DNA of 28,639 nt from Kineosporiaceae bacterium (GCA_052038585.1 JBQGCR010000189.1:1-28639), one strand, 5' to 3'. Shown: positions 1 to 9,223, numbered from the stretch's first letter. Program-made: numbers and translations. The notes: generated by a model not told the origin, from the letters alone.

Positions 1-188
1 CCCCAGCCCGTACCCCCATACCGTCTAGTGATCAACTGCCGCCGAGACGTGAGCCCAGAAAGTGCGGACGGTTCGTGAGCGACGTTCGGGCTGGTCACGC
101 GGTCCTCCAGCGAGTTCGCTGGCCGCCTAACGGCGAAAGAGATGCTCGCGGCTCGCTTCAGGTCGTCCGCGGCTCCACGGCGCAGTTG

Positions 189-1353
189 TCAGTGGCCTCC
201 GGACACTGATTCGAGGGCCCGGATCCCATCCGCCATGGACTTGACCTCGTCGGCCGCATGCTGGACGTCGGACGATACCTGGCCAACGGCAGCCGCCTGC
301 TCCTCCAACGCGGCCGCCAGGGTCGCGTGGTGCGAGGAGAGGTCTGCCATGCTCGCGGCGATCTGGCCGACCCGTTCCACCGCGGTGGACACCTGTCCCC
401 GGACCTCGCTGAGCGTCCGCGTGATCGAGTCCGCGTTCTCCCCGGACTGCCGTGCCAGGGCCTTGACCTCGGCCGCGACGACCGCGAGGCCGCGACCGGC
501 CTCCCCGGCCCGGGCAGACTCGATCGTCGCGTTGAGCGCCAGGAGGTTCGTCTGCTCGGCGATGCCCTGAATGACGTCGGACGCGGCCATGATCTGCGAG
601 CTCGAGGACTCCAGGTCCCGGATCACGCCCGCCGCCTCACCGGCCTGCTCGACCACTGCGGCGGTGATCCCCTCGGTTGCCGCGGCCGTTCGTGTGAGCT
701 CCTGCAACGCCTGGTACATCTGCTCCGTGGCGGCCGCCGCCGACGTGGTGTTGCCGCTGACCTGGCGCGCGACGTTCGACAGCCGCGCAGCCTGCTCCGC
801 GACCTGCTGCTGCAGCCTGCTCTGGAGGCCCAGCTGCTCGGCCACCTCGGCTGCCCGGCGGGCCTCGGCGAGCCGTTCCTGCTCCGCAGCCTGCAGGCTC
901 AGCTCCGCCGTCTCCGCCTGGGCGCGGGCCACTTCGCGGGCCGCTCCGTCCATCCTGGCGCGCAGCCAGTTCATCGTCAGACCCGCGGTCACGACGACAA
1001 CGGCGACCGGCAGCACCGACATGGCCGCAGGCACGGCTCCGAACTGACGGATCCGGTCCACGAAGAGGGCGGCGCTGCACAGCATGGCCATGAGCCCGAC
1101 GTCGAGGCGCTCGAGGGCGAACCCCGACCACATCATGGCGACGATCATCACGGCGATGATGGCTTCTCCCGCGCCGGACGCGGCCAGGCCGGGTGCCTCC
1201 GAGCAGGAGGACTCCCACGTAAGGCAACGGCCGCACGAACCAGACCGGTGTCCGCGCCCAGTCGAGCTGCGTCATCGCGCAACCGATGACGAGCACGAGG
1301 GTCCCGACGCCGACCAGCCACCACCGGCCGTCGGGGGATCGAAACGTCGACAC
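189..1353 (-). pseudogene. Methyl-accepting chemotaxis protein (membrane-bound, MCP signalling domain), split by a +1 frameshift near 1191-1193
   Basis: C-terminal frame (189-1151) has the MCP hairpin signature [37 protein letters not shown]. The hydrophobic N-terminus (WWLVGVGTLVLVIG...[11 protein letters not shown]) is in another frame from GTG 1353. Total span 1165 bp = 3n+1; removing one base from the GGG at 1191-1193 joins the frames. Confidence 0.8.
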
Positions 1354-1468
1354 GTTCGAGGGCGCTGCCGACCGAGGCCTACAGTGCGGGCATCAACGCA
1401 CCGGAAGTTGATAAGTCGTCGAGCGGGCTAAGTCGCTGGGGACGGCCGATCTTGGGCATGTCGCACCG

Positions 1469-1495
1469 ATCGTCCACCGCCGAAAGAAACTTGAG
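1469..1495 (-). promoter_or_regulatory. Putative sigma-28 (FliA/WhiG-type) promoter for the chemoreceptor gene
   Basis: Minus strand reads CTCAA...GACGAT with 16 nt between TCAA and GACGAT, resembling the sigma-28 TCAA/TAAA-N15-16-GCCGAT consensus (one mismatch in the -10), ~115 bp upstream of an MCP gene. Confidence 0.4.
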
Positions 1496-1574
1496 TCCTT
1501 GGTCAGCCCTATGACCAAGCGGCCCGACCCGTTGACAGTCGGGTGCAGCGTCAGGTCGCTGGCACCGCGGAGGT

Positions 1575-1744
1575 TCAGTTGGAGGGGACTTCGGGGCGAT
1601 CCGCCGCGAGATCGATTTTCTTGGTCGATATCGCGCCGGTCCGGAGGCCGCGGTGCGGCCGGTCCTGCTGGCGCCAGCCGTAGATGGTCGGCTCGCTGAC
1701 GTCCAGTTGCGTGCAACGACATCGACCTCACGTTCGGCCTGGCG
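1575..1744 (-). mobile_element. Degenerate IS3-family transposase OrfA remnant
   Basis: Minus strand with one frameshift near 1710 reads RQAEREVDVVAR/QLDVSEPTIYGWRQQDRPHRGLRTGAISTKKIDLAADR then stop, matching the actinobacterial IS3 OrfA HTH pattern (VADVAADLGVSEQTIYNWRRQDRIDRG). No OrfB or terminal repeats seen. Confidence 0.65.
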
Positions 1745-1825
1745 AGGTGTGAGTGAAACGCCTCTGTGCGGGTGCTCGCAGCGACATCGGCCGGTCGCGG
1801 AGCCGGCGACGGTCGTGCCGGCTCA

Positions 1826-1872
1826 TGGTCCGGGCCACCCAAGCCCGGCGACTTTCTTGGTCCGCTGCACCA
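1826..1872. promoter_or_regulatory. Candidate pair of PucR/CdaR-family operator sites upstream of the SDR gene
   Basis: TGG-N9-CCC (1826-1840) and TGG-N9-CCA (1858-1872), 32 bp apart; the same architecture recurs at 4306-4352. Confidence 0.35.
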
Positions 1873-1995
1873 GTGTGCGGCCGCGTGCGCGCCCGTAGCG
1901 TTCCGGCCTGGCCGCCGCCGGCTACCGGCGCACCTGGCCTGTCGCCCTCGTCGTGCCCGCCCGCCCCGGGCCCCCTCACTGAAGGAGAGCTCTCC

Positions 1996-2769
1996 ATGAC
2001 AGCGCTGCTGGAGAACAAGGTCGCCGTCGTCACCGGGTCGGCCCGCGGACTGGGGCTGGCCATCGCCGAAGCCTTCGTCGCCGAAGGAGCCGTCGTCGTC
2101 GTCTCAGACCTCGACGAGGCAGCGGCCGAGGCAGCCAGGAGGAGCATCGGTGCCGCGTCTGCCGTCGCCTGCGACGTCCGCGACGAGGCCCAGGTGCAAC
2201 AGCTGGTGAGCACGGTCACTCAGCGGCACGGCGGGTTGCACGTCATGGTGCCGAACGCCGGTGTGGGGCGTCCGGTGCCGCTGCTGGGCATGGACCTGGC
2301 GGAGTGGCGGTCGGTGACCTCGGTCAACCTGGACGGCGTCTTCCTCAGCATCCGCTACGCGGCCCCCGCGATCATCGCCTCCGGAGGCGGCTCGATCGTG
2401 ACTCTCTCGTCCGTCACCGCGACGGCCGGGTCGGCGCTCATCGCGCACTACGCGGCGGCCAAGGCCGCGGTGCTCAACCTGACCAAGACCGCTGCGGTCG
2501 AGCTCCGCGACCACGGCGTCCGGGTCAACGCCCTGCTCCCGGGGTTCATCGGCACCGAGCTCGTCACGGCCGCGGCTCCCGTGTTCGAGCAGCTGCTGGG
2601 CCTGCCGGACGGAGGCTTCGACGATCTCATCACCATGAAGCAGGGGCGCTACGGGACGCCGGACGACGTCGCCCGGGCGGCGGTGTACCTCGCGAGCGAC
2701 GCCCAGTCGTCGTGGGTCACCGGCAGCGGCCTGATCATGGACGGGGGACTCAGCGCCTCCCTGCTGTGA
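1996..2769 (+). CDS. Classical short-chain dehydrogenase/reductase (SDR)
   Basis: GAAGGAG RBS before ATG 1996; TGSARGLG cofactor motif, NAG, catalytic Ser (LSS) and YAAAK; 257 aa. Confidence 0.95.
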   Translation: MTALLENKVAVVTGSARGLGLAIAEAFVAEGAVVVVSDLDEAAAEAARRSIGAASAVACDVRDEAQVQQLVSTVTQRHGGLHVMVPNAGVGRPVPLLGMDLAEWRSVTSVNLDGVFLSIRYAAPAIIASGGGSIVTLSSVTATAGSALIAHYAAAKAAVLNLTKTAAVELRDHGVRVNALLPGFIGTELVTAAAPVFEQLLGLPDGGFDDLITMKQGRYGTPDDVARAAVYLASDAQSSWVTGSGLIMDGGLSASLL

Positions 2770-2779
2770 CCTCTCGACG

Positions 2780-2817
2780 CCGGGGCCTGTCCGGCGGATC
2801 CGTCGGACAGGCCCCGG
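2780..2817. terminator. 38-bp near-perfect palindrome between convergent genes, likely a bidirectional terminator
   Basis: CCGGGGCCTGTCCG (2780-2793) is the exact reverse complement of 2804-2817; the inner GCGGATCCGT also pairs apart from one G-T. Starts 11 bp after the SDR stop. Confidence 0.7.
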
Positions 2818-3022
2818 ACAGGGATGCCCAAAACGCTGCGGTGCTGCCAGCACCCGCCGCAGGTCGAGGCCGGCCCTGAGCAGATGTCTTCCTCCGAAGC
2901 AAGCCCGCGTGATCGCAGGCCTTGGGCGACCGTCGGAGATGGGGTGACGTACGGGCGCTCGGCAGAAGGAAGCACCTTCCCCTGAGTGGGCCACCTGGCG
3001 CCGACTCAGTCGGGCCTGCGGC

Positions 3023-4267
3023 TCAGTCGGGCCGGCGGCGGCTGGTGGAGAGCACGCGCGGGCCGAGGAGCTCGCAGACGAGGAGGGCGACCTCGACGTC
3101 GAGGCGGCCCTCGGCGAGGGGCAGGCCGCGCAGCTCCTCGGCGCGCTGCACGCGGTAGTGCACGGTGTTCTTGTGGACGTGCAGCAGGGCGGCGGCGGCC
3201 GTGTAGCTGCCTCCGCAGGTGAGCAGCGCCCGGACCGTCTGTCGCAGCCGGGCGGTGCCCTCGTCGTCTTCGGCGAGGTCCCCGAGGACGCGCCGCACCC
3301 ACGCTCGCAGCACCGCCGGGTGGTCCGTGAGCAGGGCCGCGACGGCGACGTCGTCGAACCGGACGACGCCACCGTGCGCGGACGGGGCGGCCTGGACGAC
3401 GGCTCTGGCCCGCAGCGCCTCGCGGTGCGTCTGCCGGAACCCGGCGAGCCCGGCTGCCGGTGAACCGAGGGTGACCCGGACCGGGCCGACGGCCTCGAGC
3501 CGTCGCGCGAGGCTGTCGACGTCGACGACGGGCCGGGACGGCGAGGCGGTCCACGCCCAGAGCGTCGCGTCGTCCACGACGACCGTCTCGACCGACCGGC
3601 CGAGGCATTCCGCGACGACACGGCGCGCCGCCTGCAGCGCCGAGAGCGGGTCGGCCGTCGTGTCGTCGAGCCAGGCGACGGCACCGACGTGCCAGCCGTC
3701 GAGTGGTACGCCGATGAGGTCCTGCGCGGACCGGGTGCTCAGCGACTCGTTGTCGAGGACGATGCGCAGCTGGGCGGTCCGGGCGGCGTCCGTGCGGCTG
3801 TCCCACCGGCGGCGCTCGGACTCGTAGATCTCGACCAGCGCCTCGGCGACCCGGTCGATGTAGACGTCCGTGCGCAGCACGAGGTGGTTGCCCGCCCCGG
3901 CCAGCTCCTCGGCCGACGTCGTCACCTCGGCGAGCGCGGCGAGCCCCCAGCGGACGAACCGGTTGTGCCCGATCCGGTACGCGCGCAGCAACCCCTCGAG
4001 GGAGAGCCCGTGCTGGGCGAACCGCCGGGCGTACTCGGCGGCCGCGGGCGGCACGCTGATGTCGTCCTCGGCGATCTTGTGGACTAGGAGGGCGATGATC
4101 GCCTCTACGTTCGCGGTCGTGCTCGCGACCATGAGCCGCCGGACCGCGTCGTCATGCTGGAACTCCGGGATGACCTCGACGAACGAATCCGTCATCTCGG
4201 GCACGAGGGAGCCGAGCCGGCCCTCGATACGGCGCGCGGCCTCGGCGACGAGCTCCTCGGTGAGCAC
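3023..4267 (-). CDS. PucR/CdaR family transcriptional regulator
   Basis: C-terminal HTH SYTAAAALLHVHKNTVHYRVQRAEEL typical of PucR; central GGDEF-like region (VTLGSPAAGLAGFRQTHREA); 414 aa from GTG; divergent from the acyl-CoA ligase. Confidence 0.92.
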   Translation of the reverse strand: MLTEELVAEAARRIEGRLGSLVPEMTDSFVEVIPEFQHDDAVRRLMVASTTANVEAIIALLVHKIAEDDISVPPAAAEYARRFAQHGLSLEGLLRAYRIGHNRFVRWGLAALAEVTTSAEELAGAGNHLVLRTDVYIDRVAEALVEIYESERRRWDSRTDAARTAQLRIVLDNESLSTRSAQDLIGVPLDGWHVGAVAWLDDTTADPLSALQAARRVVAECLGRSVETVVVDDATLWAWTASPSRPVVDVDSLARRLEAVGPVRVTLGSPAAGLAGFRQTHREALRARAVVQAAPSAHGGVVRFDDVAVAALLTDHPAVLRAWVRRVLGDLAEDDEGTARLRQTVRALLTCGGSYTAAAALLHVHKNTVHYRVQRAEELRGLPLAEGRLDVEVALLVCELLGPRVLSTSRRRPD

Positions 4268-4305
4268 GATCGGCGACTCTAGCCGCGCTCGGGGACCTTG
4301 GACCC

Positions 4306-4352
4306 TGGTGCGCAGGCACAGTCATCCGTCCGGACTTCGTGACGGCAGTCCA
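4306..4352. promoter_or_regulatory. Candidate pair of PucR-family operator sites in the divergent pucR/acyl-CoA ligase intergenic region
   Basis: TGG-N9-ACA (4306-4320) and CGT-N9-CCA (4338-4352), 32 bp apart, as upstream of the SDR. Confidence 0.35.
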
Positions 4353-4431
4353 TGGCGTGGGTCGCACCGCGCCGGTGATCCTCTCAGGACCGGCGCCCCG
4401 GCCGGCCCCTCGAGAGCGACGGAGCCTTCGA

Positions 4432-5901
4432 ATGCCGACCCCGCCTGCGATCCCGGCCCTGCCGGCGGCGCGGCTGCACGCGGACCCGACAGGGCCCTGC
4501 CTCGCCGACGACACCCGGAGCCTGAACAACGCGGCGTTCGCCGCCGCGGTCCGCGCGGCCGCCGGGCACCTCGCGGCGGCCGGCGTCGGGCCCGGCGACA
4601 TGGTCGCGGTCGCCCTGCCGAACCGGGTCGAGCTCGTCGTGACGCTCTTCGCCGCCTGGCATCTCGGGGCCTGCGTCACGCCGGTCAACCCGGCCCTGAC
4701 CCCGGTCGAGGCCGGCTACCAGCTCGACGACAGCGGCGCGAAGGTCGTCGTCGCCGACCCGGCCGTGACGCCGGCCGCGACGCTGGACGTCGCGGCGCTG
4801 CTCACCGCCGACGCGGACGCGCCGACGGTGCCCGTCGAGCCGGCCGCACGGGCGGACGACCTGGCCCTCGTCATCTACACGAGCGGGACCACTGGCCGCC
4901 CGAAGGGCGTCATGCTCGACCACGCGAACGTCGAGGCGATGTGCCGCGGCATCGTCGCCGGGCTCGGCCTCGACGGGACCGACCACTCCCTGCTCGTGCT
5001 GCCGCTGTTCCACGTCAACGGGATCACCGTGAGCGTGCTCTCGCCGCTGCTCGCCGGCGGCCGGGCGACGATCGCGGGACGGTTCCGCCCCGAGACCTTC
5101 TTCGCGGACGTCGAGCGCGTCCGGCCGACGTACTTCTCCGCCGTACCCGCGATCTACGTGCTCCTGACGAACCTGCCCGCCGACGTCGCGCCGGACACGT
5201 CGTCCCTGCGGCGGGTCGTCTGCGGCGCCGCCCCGATGCCCGCCGCGGCGATCCATGCTTTCGAGCAACGGTTCGGCGTCCCGCTCGTCGAGGGCTACGG
5301 CCTCTCCGAGGGTACGTGCGCCTCGACGCTCAACCCGCCGGACGGCGTCCGCAAGCCCGGCACCGTCGGGCCCCCGCTGCCCGGGCAGCAGGTCATGCTG
5401 CGCCACGAGGACGGCGCGATCGACCGCGAGGGCACCGGCGAGGTCGTCATCTCCGGGCCGAACGTCATGCGCGGCTACCTGGGCCGCCCGCAGGACACCG
5501 CCGCGACGGTCGTCGACGGCTGGCTGCGGACCGGGGACGTGGGCCGGTTCGACGAGGACGGCTACCTCGTGCTCGTCGACCGGATCAAGGACATGATCAT
5601 CCGGGGCGGGGAGAACATCTACCCCAAGGAGATCGAGAACGCGCTCTACGCGCACCCGGACGTCGTGGAGGCCGCCGTGGTCGGCGCCCCGGACGCCGTC
5701 CTCGGCGAGGTCCCCGTCGCCTTCGTCGCCCTGCGTCCCGGCTCCGCGACGACGGTCGAGGCCCTCCTCGTGCACTGCGCGACCCGGCTCGCCCGGATGA
5801 AGCTCCCGACCCGGGTTGACCTCGTCGAGGCCCTCCCGAAGAACCCCGTCGGGAAGATCGACAAGCCGACGCTGCGCCGGAGCCTCGCCCCGACCGGTTG
5901 A
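4432..5901 (+). CDS. AMP-forming acyl-CoA synthetase (long-chain fatty-acid-CoA ligase family)
   Basis: YTSGTTGRPKG, GYGLSE, RTGD, GGENIYPKEIE and LPKNPVGKIDK adenylation motifs; GGAG RBS before ATG 4432 (the ORF-track start at 4339 is probably too far upstream). Confidence 0.95.
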   Translation: MPTPPAIPALPAARLHADPTGPCLADDTRSLNNAAFAAAVRAAAGHLAAAGVGPGDMVAVALPNRVELVVTLFAAWHLGACVTPVNPALTPVEAGYQLDDSGAKVVVADPAVTPAATLDVAALLTADADAPTVPVEPAARADDLALVIYTSGTTGRPKGVMLDHANVEAMCRGIVAGLGLDGTDHSLLVLPLFHVNGITVSVLSPLLAGGRATIAGRFRPETFFADVERVRPTYFSAVPAIYVLLTNLPADVAPDTSSLRRVVCGAAPMPAAAIHAFEQRFGVPLVEGYGLSEGTCASTLNPPDGVRKPGTVGPPLPGQQVMLRHEDGAIDREGTGEVVISGPNVMRGYLGRPQDTAATVVDGWLRTGDVGRFDEDGYLVLVDRIKDMIIRGGENIYPKEIENALYAHPDVVEAAVVGAPDAVLGEVPVAFVALRPGSATTVEALLVHCATRLARMKLPTRVDLVEALPKNPVGKIDKPTLRRSLAPTG

Positions 5902-5981
5902 CCCACCCCCACCGACACCTCGCGACCACCCGGCCGCGAGGGGATGCACCACGCCCGCCTCCCCCACCCGAAGGACACGCG

Positions 5982-7799
5982 ATGGGCTTCAAGACCGGCG
6001 ACTTCCCACCCGTCGACCTCGAGACGTTCCTCGACGAGCCGCTCATGAAGCGGACGAAGACCCTCGCGCTGCACTGGGTCGAGTACGGCTTCGGCACCCC
6101 GAAGATGATCCACACGACCTACGTCGTGAAGATCGCCCTCCTGTGGCTCGTTGCAGGCTTGTCGCTCGCGACGTGGACGAGCAGTCTGGGGGCGCCCTGG
6201 CACGTCTCCGCCTGGTGGGCGGAGCCGGTCGTCTGGCAGAAGATGGTCGCCTGGACGATGTTCCTCGAAGCGCTCGGCATCGCCGGGTCGTGGGGGCCGC
6301 TCGCCGGCAAGTTCAAGCCGATGACCGGCGGCGTCCTGTTCTACGCCCGGCCCGGGACGATCCGGCTCCGGCCGTGGAAGGCCGTCCCGTTCACCGACGG
6401 CGACACCCGGACGGTCTTCGACGTCGCGGTGTACCTCGGCTTCCTCGCCTCGCTCCTCGTCCTCGTCGTCACGCCGGGACGGGTCACCGACTCGCTCGCG
6501 AAGGCGCTGCCGGACAACACCTCCGGGCTCGTCAGCCCGACCGTCTCGCTCGTCGCGCTCGGCCTGCTCGTCGTCCTCGGGCTGCGCGACAAGACCGCGT
6601 TCCTCACAGCCCGCGCCGAGCAGTACGCCCCGGCGCTGCTCTTCTTCGGCACCCTCGGCTTCGTCGACATGATCGTCGCCGCCAAGCTGCTCATCGTCGT
6701 CGTGTGGATGGGCGCCGGCGTCTCGAAGCTCGGGCACCACTTCACGAACGTCGTCCCGCCGATGCTCTCGAACAGCCCCTGCCTGCCGTCCCGCGGCTTC
6801 AAGCGGGCCCTCTACCGCGACTTCCCGCGCGACATCCGGCCGTCCTGGGTCGCCTACGGCTTCGCGCACGTCGGCGGCACCGTCGTCGAGCTCGTCCTGC
6901 CGCTCGTCCTGCTCTTCTCGACGAACCGGACGATCACCCTGCTCGCCGTCGCGGGGATGGTGATCTTCCACTTCTTCATCATCGGCGCGTTCGCCCTCGC
7001 CGTGCCGCAGGAGTGGAACCTCCAGTTCGCCCTGACGACCGTCGTGCTCTTCGCGGGCTTCCCGGCGGGCGCGGGCTACGGCGTCGGGGACCTGTCCTCG
7101 CCGCTGCTGCTCGCCGCGCTGGTCGTCGGCCTGCTCTTCTTCCCGGTGCTCGGCAACCTGCGCCCCGACCTCGTGTCGTTCCTGCCGTCGATGCGGCAGT
7201 ACGCCGGCAACTGGGCCTCGGCGACGTGGGCGTTCGCGCCGGGCGCCGAGGAGAAGCTCAACACCCTCGCCCACCGGCCTACGAAGAACCAGGTCGACCA
7301 GCTCCAGGCGATGGGCTACCCGCTGCCGGTCGCCGAGGTGACGATGCAGCAGACGCTCGGCTGGCGCACCATGCACAGCCAGGGCCGCGGCCTGTTCTCC
7401 GTGCTGCTCTCCCGAGTGCCGGACATCGAGAGCCGCACCGTCCGCGAGGCCGAGTTCGCCTGCAACTCGCTCATCGGCTTCAACTTCGGCGACGGCCATC
7501 TCCACGACGAGGACCTCCTCAAGGCGCTCCAGAAGCGGATCGGCTTCGAGCCCGGCGAGTTCCTCGTCGTCTGGGTCGAGTCGCAGCCGATCCACAAGAA
7601 GACCCAGGAGTGGAAACTCATCGACGTCGCGACCGGCGTCGTCGAGCGCGGCACGTGGGACGTCGCCGAGTGCACCCGCACCCAGCCGTGGCTGCCCGAC
7701 GGGCCGGTCGCGCTGACGTCCACGTGGACGCGCGAGAAGGACGGCCCGCTGCCCTGGGTCTCCGGCCCCACCTCGCCGCAGGCGAAGATCTCTGCATGA
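5982..7799 (+). CDS. DUF3556-like polytopic membrane protein
   Basis: N-terminus MGFKTGDFPPVDLETF...LALHWVEYGFGTPK matches my recall of DUF3556; many TM segments; conserved-looking MRQYAGNWASATWAF; AAGGA RBS before ATG 5982; 605 aa. Confidence 0.85.
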   Translation: MGFKTGDFPPVDLETFLDEPLMKRTKTLALHWVEYGFGTPKMIHTTYVVKIALLWLVAGLSLATWTSSLGAPWHVSAWWAEPVVWQKMVAWTMFLEALGIAGSWGPLAGKFKPMTGGVLFYARPGTIRLRPWKAVPFTDGDTRTVFDVAVYLGFLASLLVLVVTPGRVTDSLAKALPDNTSGLVSPTVSLVALGLLVVLGLRDKTAFLTARAEQYAPALLFFGTLGFVDMIVAAKLLIVVVWMGAGVSKLGHHFTNVVPPMLSNSPCLPSRGFKRALYRDFPRDIRPSWVAYGFAHVGGTVVELVLPLVLLFSTNRTITLLAVAGMVIFHFFIIGAFALAVPQEWNLQFALTTVVLFAGFPAGAGYGVGDLSSPLLLAALVVGLLFFPVLGNLRPDLVSFLPSMRQYAGNWASATWAFAPGAEEKLNTLAHRPTKNQVDQLQAMGYPLPVAEVTMQQTLGWRTMHSQGRGLFSVLLSRVPDIESRTVREAEFACNSLIGFNFGDGHLHDEDLLKALQKRIGFEPGEFLVVWVESQPIHKKTQEWKLIDVATGVVERGTWDVAECTRTQPWLPDGPVALTSTWTREKDGPLPWVSGPTSPQAKISA

Positions 7800-9223
7800 G
7801 CACAGCACTCGTCGTCGGCGGCGGGCCCAACGGGCTCGCCGCCGCGGCGCTGCTCGCGCGCGAGGGCGTCGACGTGACCCTCCTCGAGGCGGCCGACGAG
7901 GTCGGCGGCGGCACCCGGTCCTGGGAGGGCCTCGTGCCCGGGATGCTCCACGACCACTGCTCGGCGATCCACCCGATGGCGGTCGGCTCGCCGGTCGTCG
8001 AACGTCTCGGCCTCGCCGCGCAGGGACTGTCGTGGCGCTATGCACCGGTCGACTGCGCGCACGTCCTCGACGGCGGCCGGGCCGGCGTCCTGCACACGGA
8101 CGTCGCCCGGACGGCGACCGGGCTCGGCCGGGACGGCGCGACGTGGCGCCGTCTGCTCGCCGGACCTGTGGCCGGGTACGACCTTCTCTCCCAGGACATC
8201 CTTGGCCCGCTGCTCGGCGTCCCCCGGCACCCGGTGCGGCTGGCGCGCTTCGGGGCGCCCACCCTGCTCCCGGCGACGGTGCTCGGCCGGCTGTTCCGCA
8301 CCGAGGAGGCACGGGCGCTCTGGACCGGCGTCGCGGCACACGCCTTCACCCGCCTCGACCGGCCGCTCAGCTCGGCCATCGGACTCGGCATCCTCACGGC
8401 CGGCCACCGGCATGGCTGGGCGGTCGCGGCGCGCGGTTCGCAGTCGATCGCCCGCGCGCTCGAGGCGTCTCTCCTCGAGGCCGGCGGGAAGGTCGAGACG
8501 GGCGTCCGGGTGCGCAGCACGGCCAACCTGCCCCCGGCCGACGTGACGCTCTTCGACCTCGACCCCTTCCAGGTGGCGCAGGTCCTCGGCGACCGGCTGC
8601 CGGGCGGGGTCGCCCGGGCGTACCGCCGGTTCCGCCGCGGCCCGGGGGCCTGGAAAGTCGACCTCGCCGTCGACGGCGGCGTGCCCTGGACCGCGCAGGC
8701 CGCCCGCGAGGCGGGCACCGTGCACGTCGGCGGCACCGCAGCCGAGGTCGCCGCGGCGGAGCTCGACGTCGTCCGGGGCCGGATGCCGCGGCGTCCGTTC
8801 GTCCTCGTGGGTCAGCAGTACCTCGCGGACCCGCAGCGGTCCGCGGGCGACGTCCACCCGGTCTGGGCGTACGCGCACGTCCCGCACGGGTACGACGGGG
8901 ACGCGACGCAGGCGGTGCTCGACCAGCTCGAGCGGTTCGCCCCCGGTTTGCGTGACCGGGTCGTCGGGATGAGGGTGACGCGTCCGGTGGACTTCGCGGC
9001 CTGGAACCCGAACTTCGCCGGGGGCGACATCCTCACCGGCCGCAAGGACGTCCGTCAGCTCGTCCTCGGCGCAGGAGGCGTCCGGAACGCGCTCTCGCCG
9101 TACGACATCGGGATCCCGGGGATGTTCCTCTGCTCGGCGGCGACGCCGCCAGGGCCGGGAGCGCACGGGATGTGCGGCTGGCACGCCGCGCACCGGGCGC
9201 TCACGTACCTCGGCCGCCGCTGA
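7796..9223 (+). CDS. Phytoene-dehydrogenase-like FAD-dependent oxidoreductase
   Basis: VVGGGPNGLAAA...LLEAADEVGGG dinucleotide fold, HDHCSAIHP, C-terminal LCSAATPPGPGAHGMCG; ATGA overlap with the DUF3556 stop; 475 aa. Confidence 0.93.
   Translation: MSTALVVGGGPNGLAAAALLAREGVDVTLLEAADEVGGGTRSWEGLVPGMLHDHCSAIHPMAVGSPVVERLGLAAQGLSWRYAPVDCAHVLDGGRAGVLHTDVARTATGLGRDGATWRRLLAGPVAGYDLLSQDILGPLLGVPRHPVRLARFGAPTLLPATVLGRLFRTEEARALWTGVAAHAFTRLDRPLSSAIGLGILTAGHRHGWAVAARGSQSIARALEASLLEAGGKVETGVRVRSTANLPPADVTLFDLDPFQVAQVLGDRLPGGVARAYRRFRRGPGAWKVDLAVDGGVPWTAQAAREAGTVHVGGTAAEVAAAELDVVRGRMPRRPFVLVGQQYLADPQRSAGDVHPVWAYAHVPHGYDGDATQAVLDQLERFAPGLRDRVVGMRVTRPVDFAAWNPNFAGGDILTGRKDVRQLVLGAGGVRNALSPYDIGIPGMFLCSAATPPGPGAHGMCGWHAAHRALTYLGRR

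Noticed and set aside
121-135. GCCTAAC / GTTAGGC integron attC-like core
   Set aside because: Single occurrence, no complementary core at a suitable distance, no cassette array or IntI.
1505-1545. Two tandem hairpins upstream of the chemoreceptor as a c-di-GMP riboswitch
   Set aside because: No GNRA tetraloop/receptor or conserved c-di-GMP-I/II core recognisable, and they lie upstream of the predicted sigma-28 promoter, outside the leader.
2820-2900. Minus-strand peptide HLLRAGLDLRRVLAAPQRFGH resembling tyrosine recombinase box II (the missing integrase?)
   Set aside because: Spacing to GH is three residues too long, there is no HxLRH upstream or catalytic Tyr region downstream, and it is far from any att site. 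An HMM search would settle it.
2104-8339. Long Arg/Pro/Gly-rich ORFs such as 2104-3684, 3870-5819, 4384-5967, 5646-8339 and the N-terminal part of 5816-9223
   Set aside because: Shadow frames of real genes in high-GC DNA; no motifs and they overlap well-supported CDSs.
7796-9223. Carotenoid biosynthesis gene crtI
   Set aside because: No crtB/crtE/crtY nearby; the sequence fits the broader phytoene-dehydrogenase-like family associated with DUF3556.
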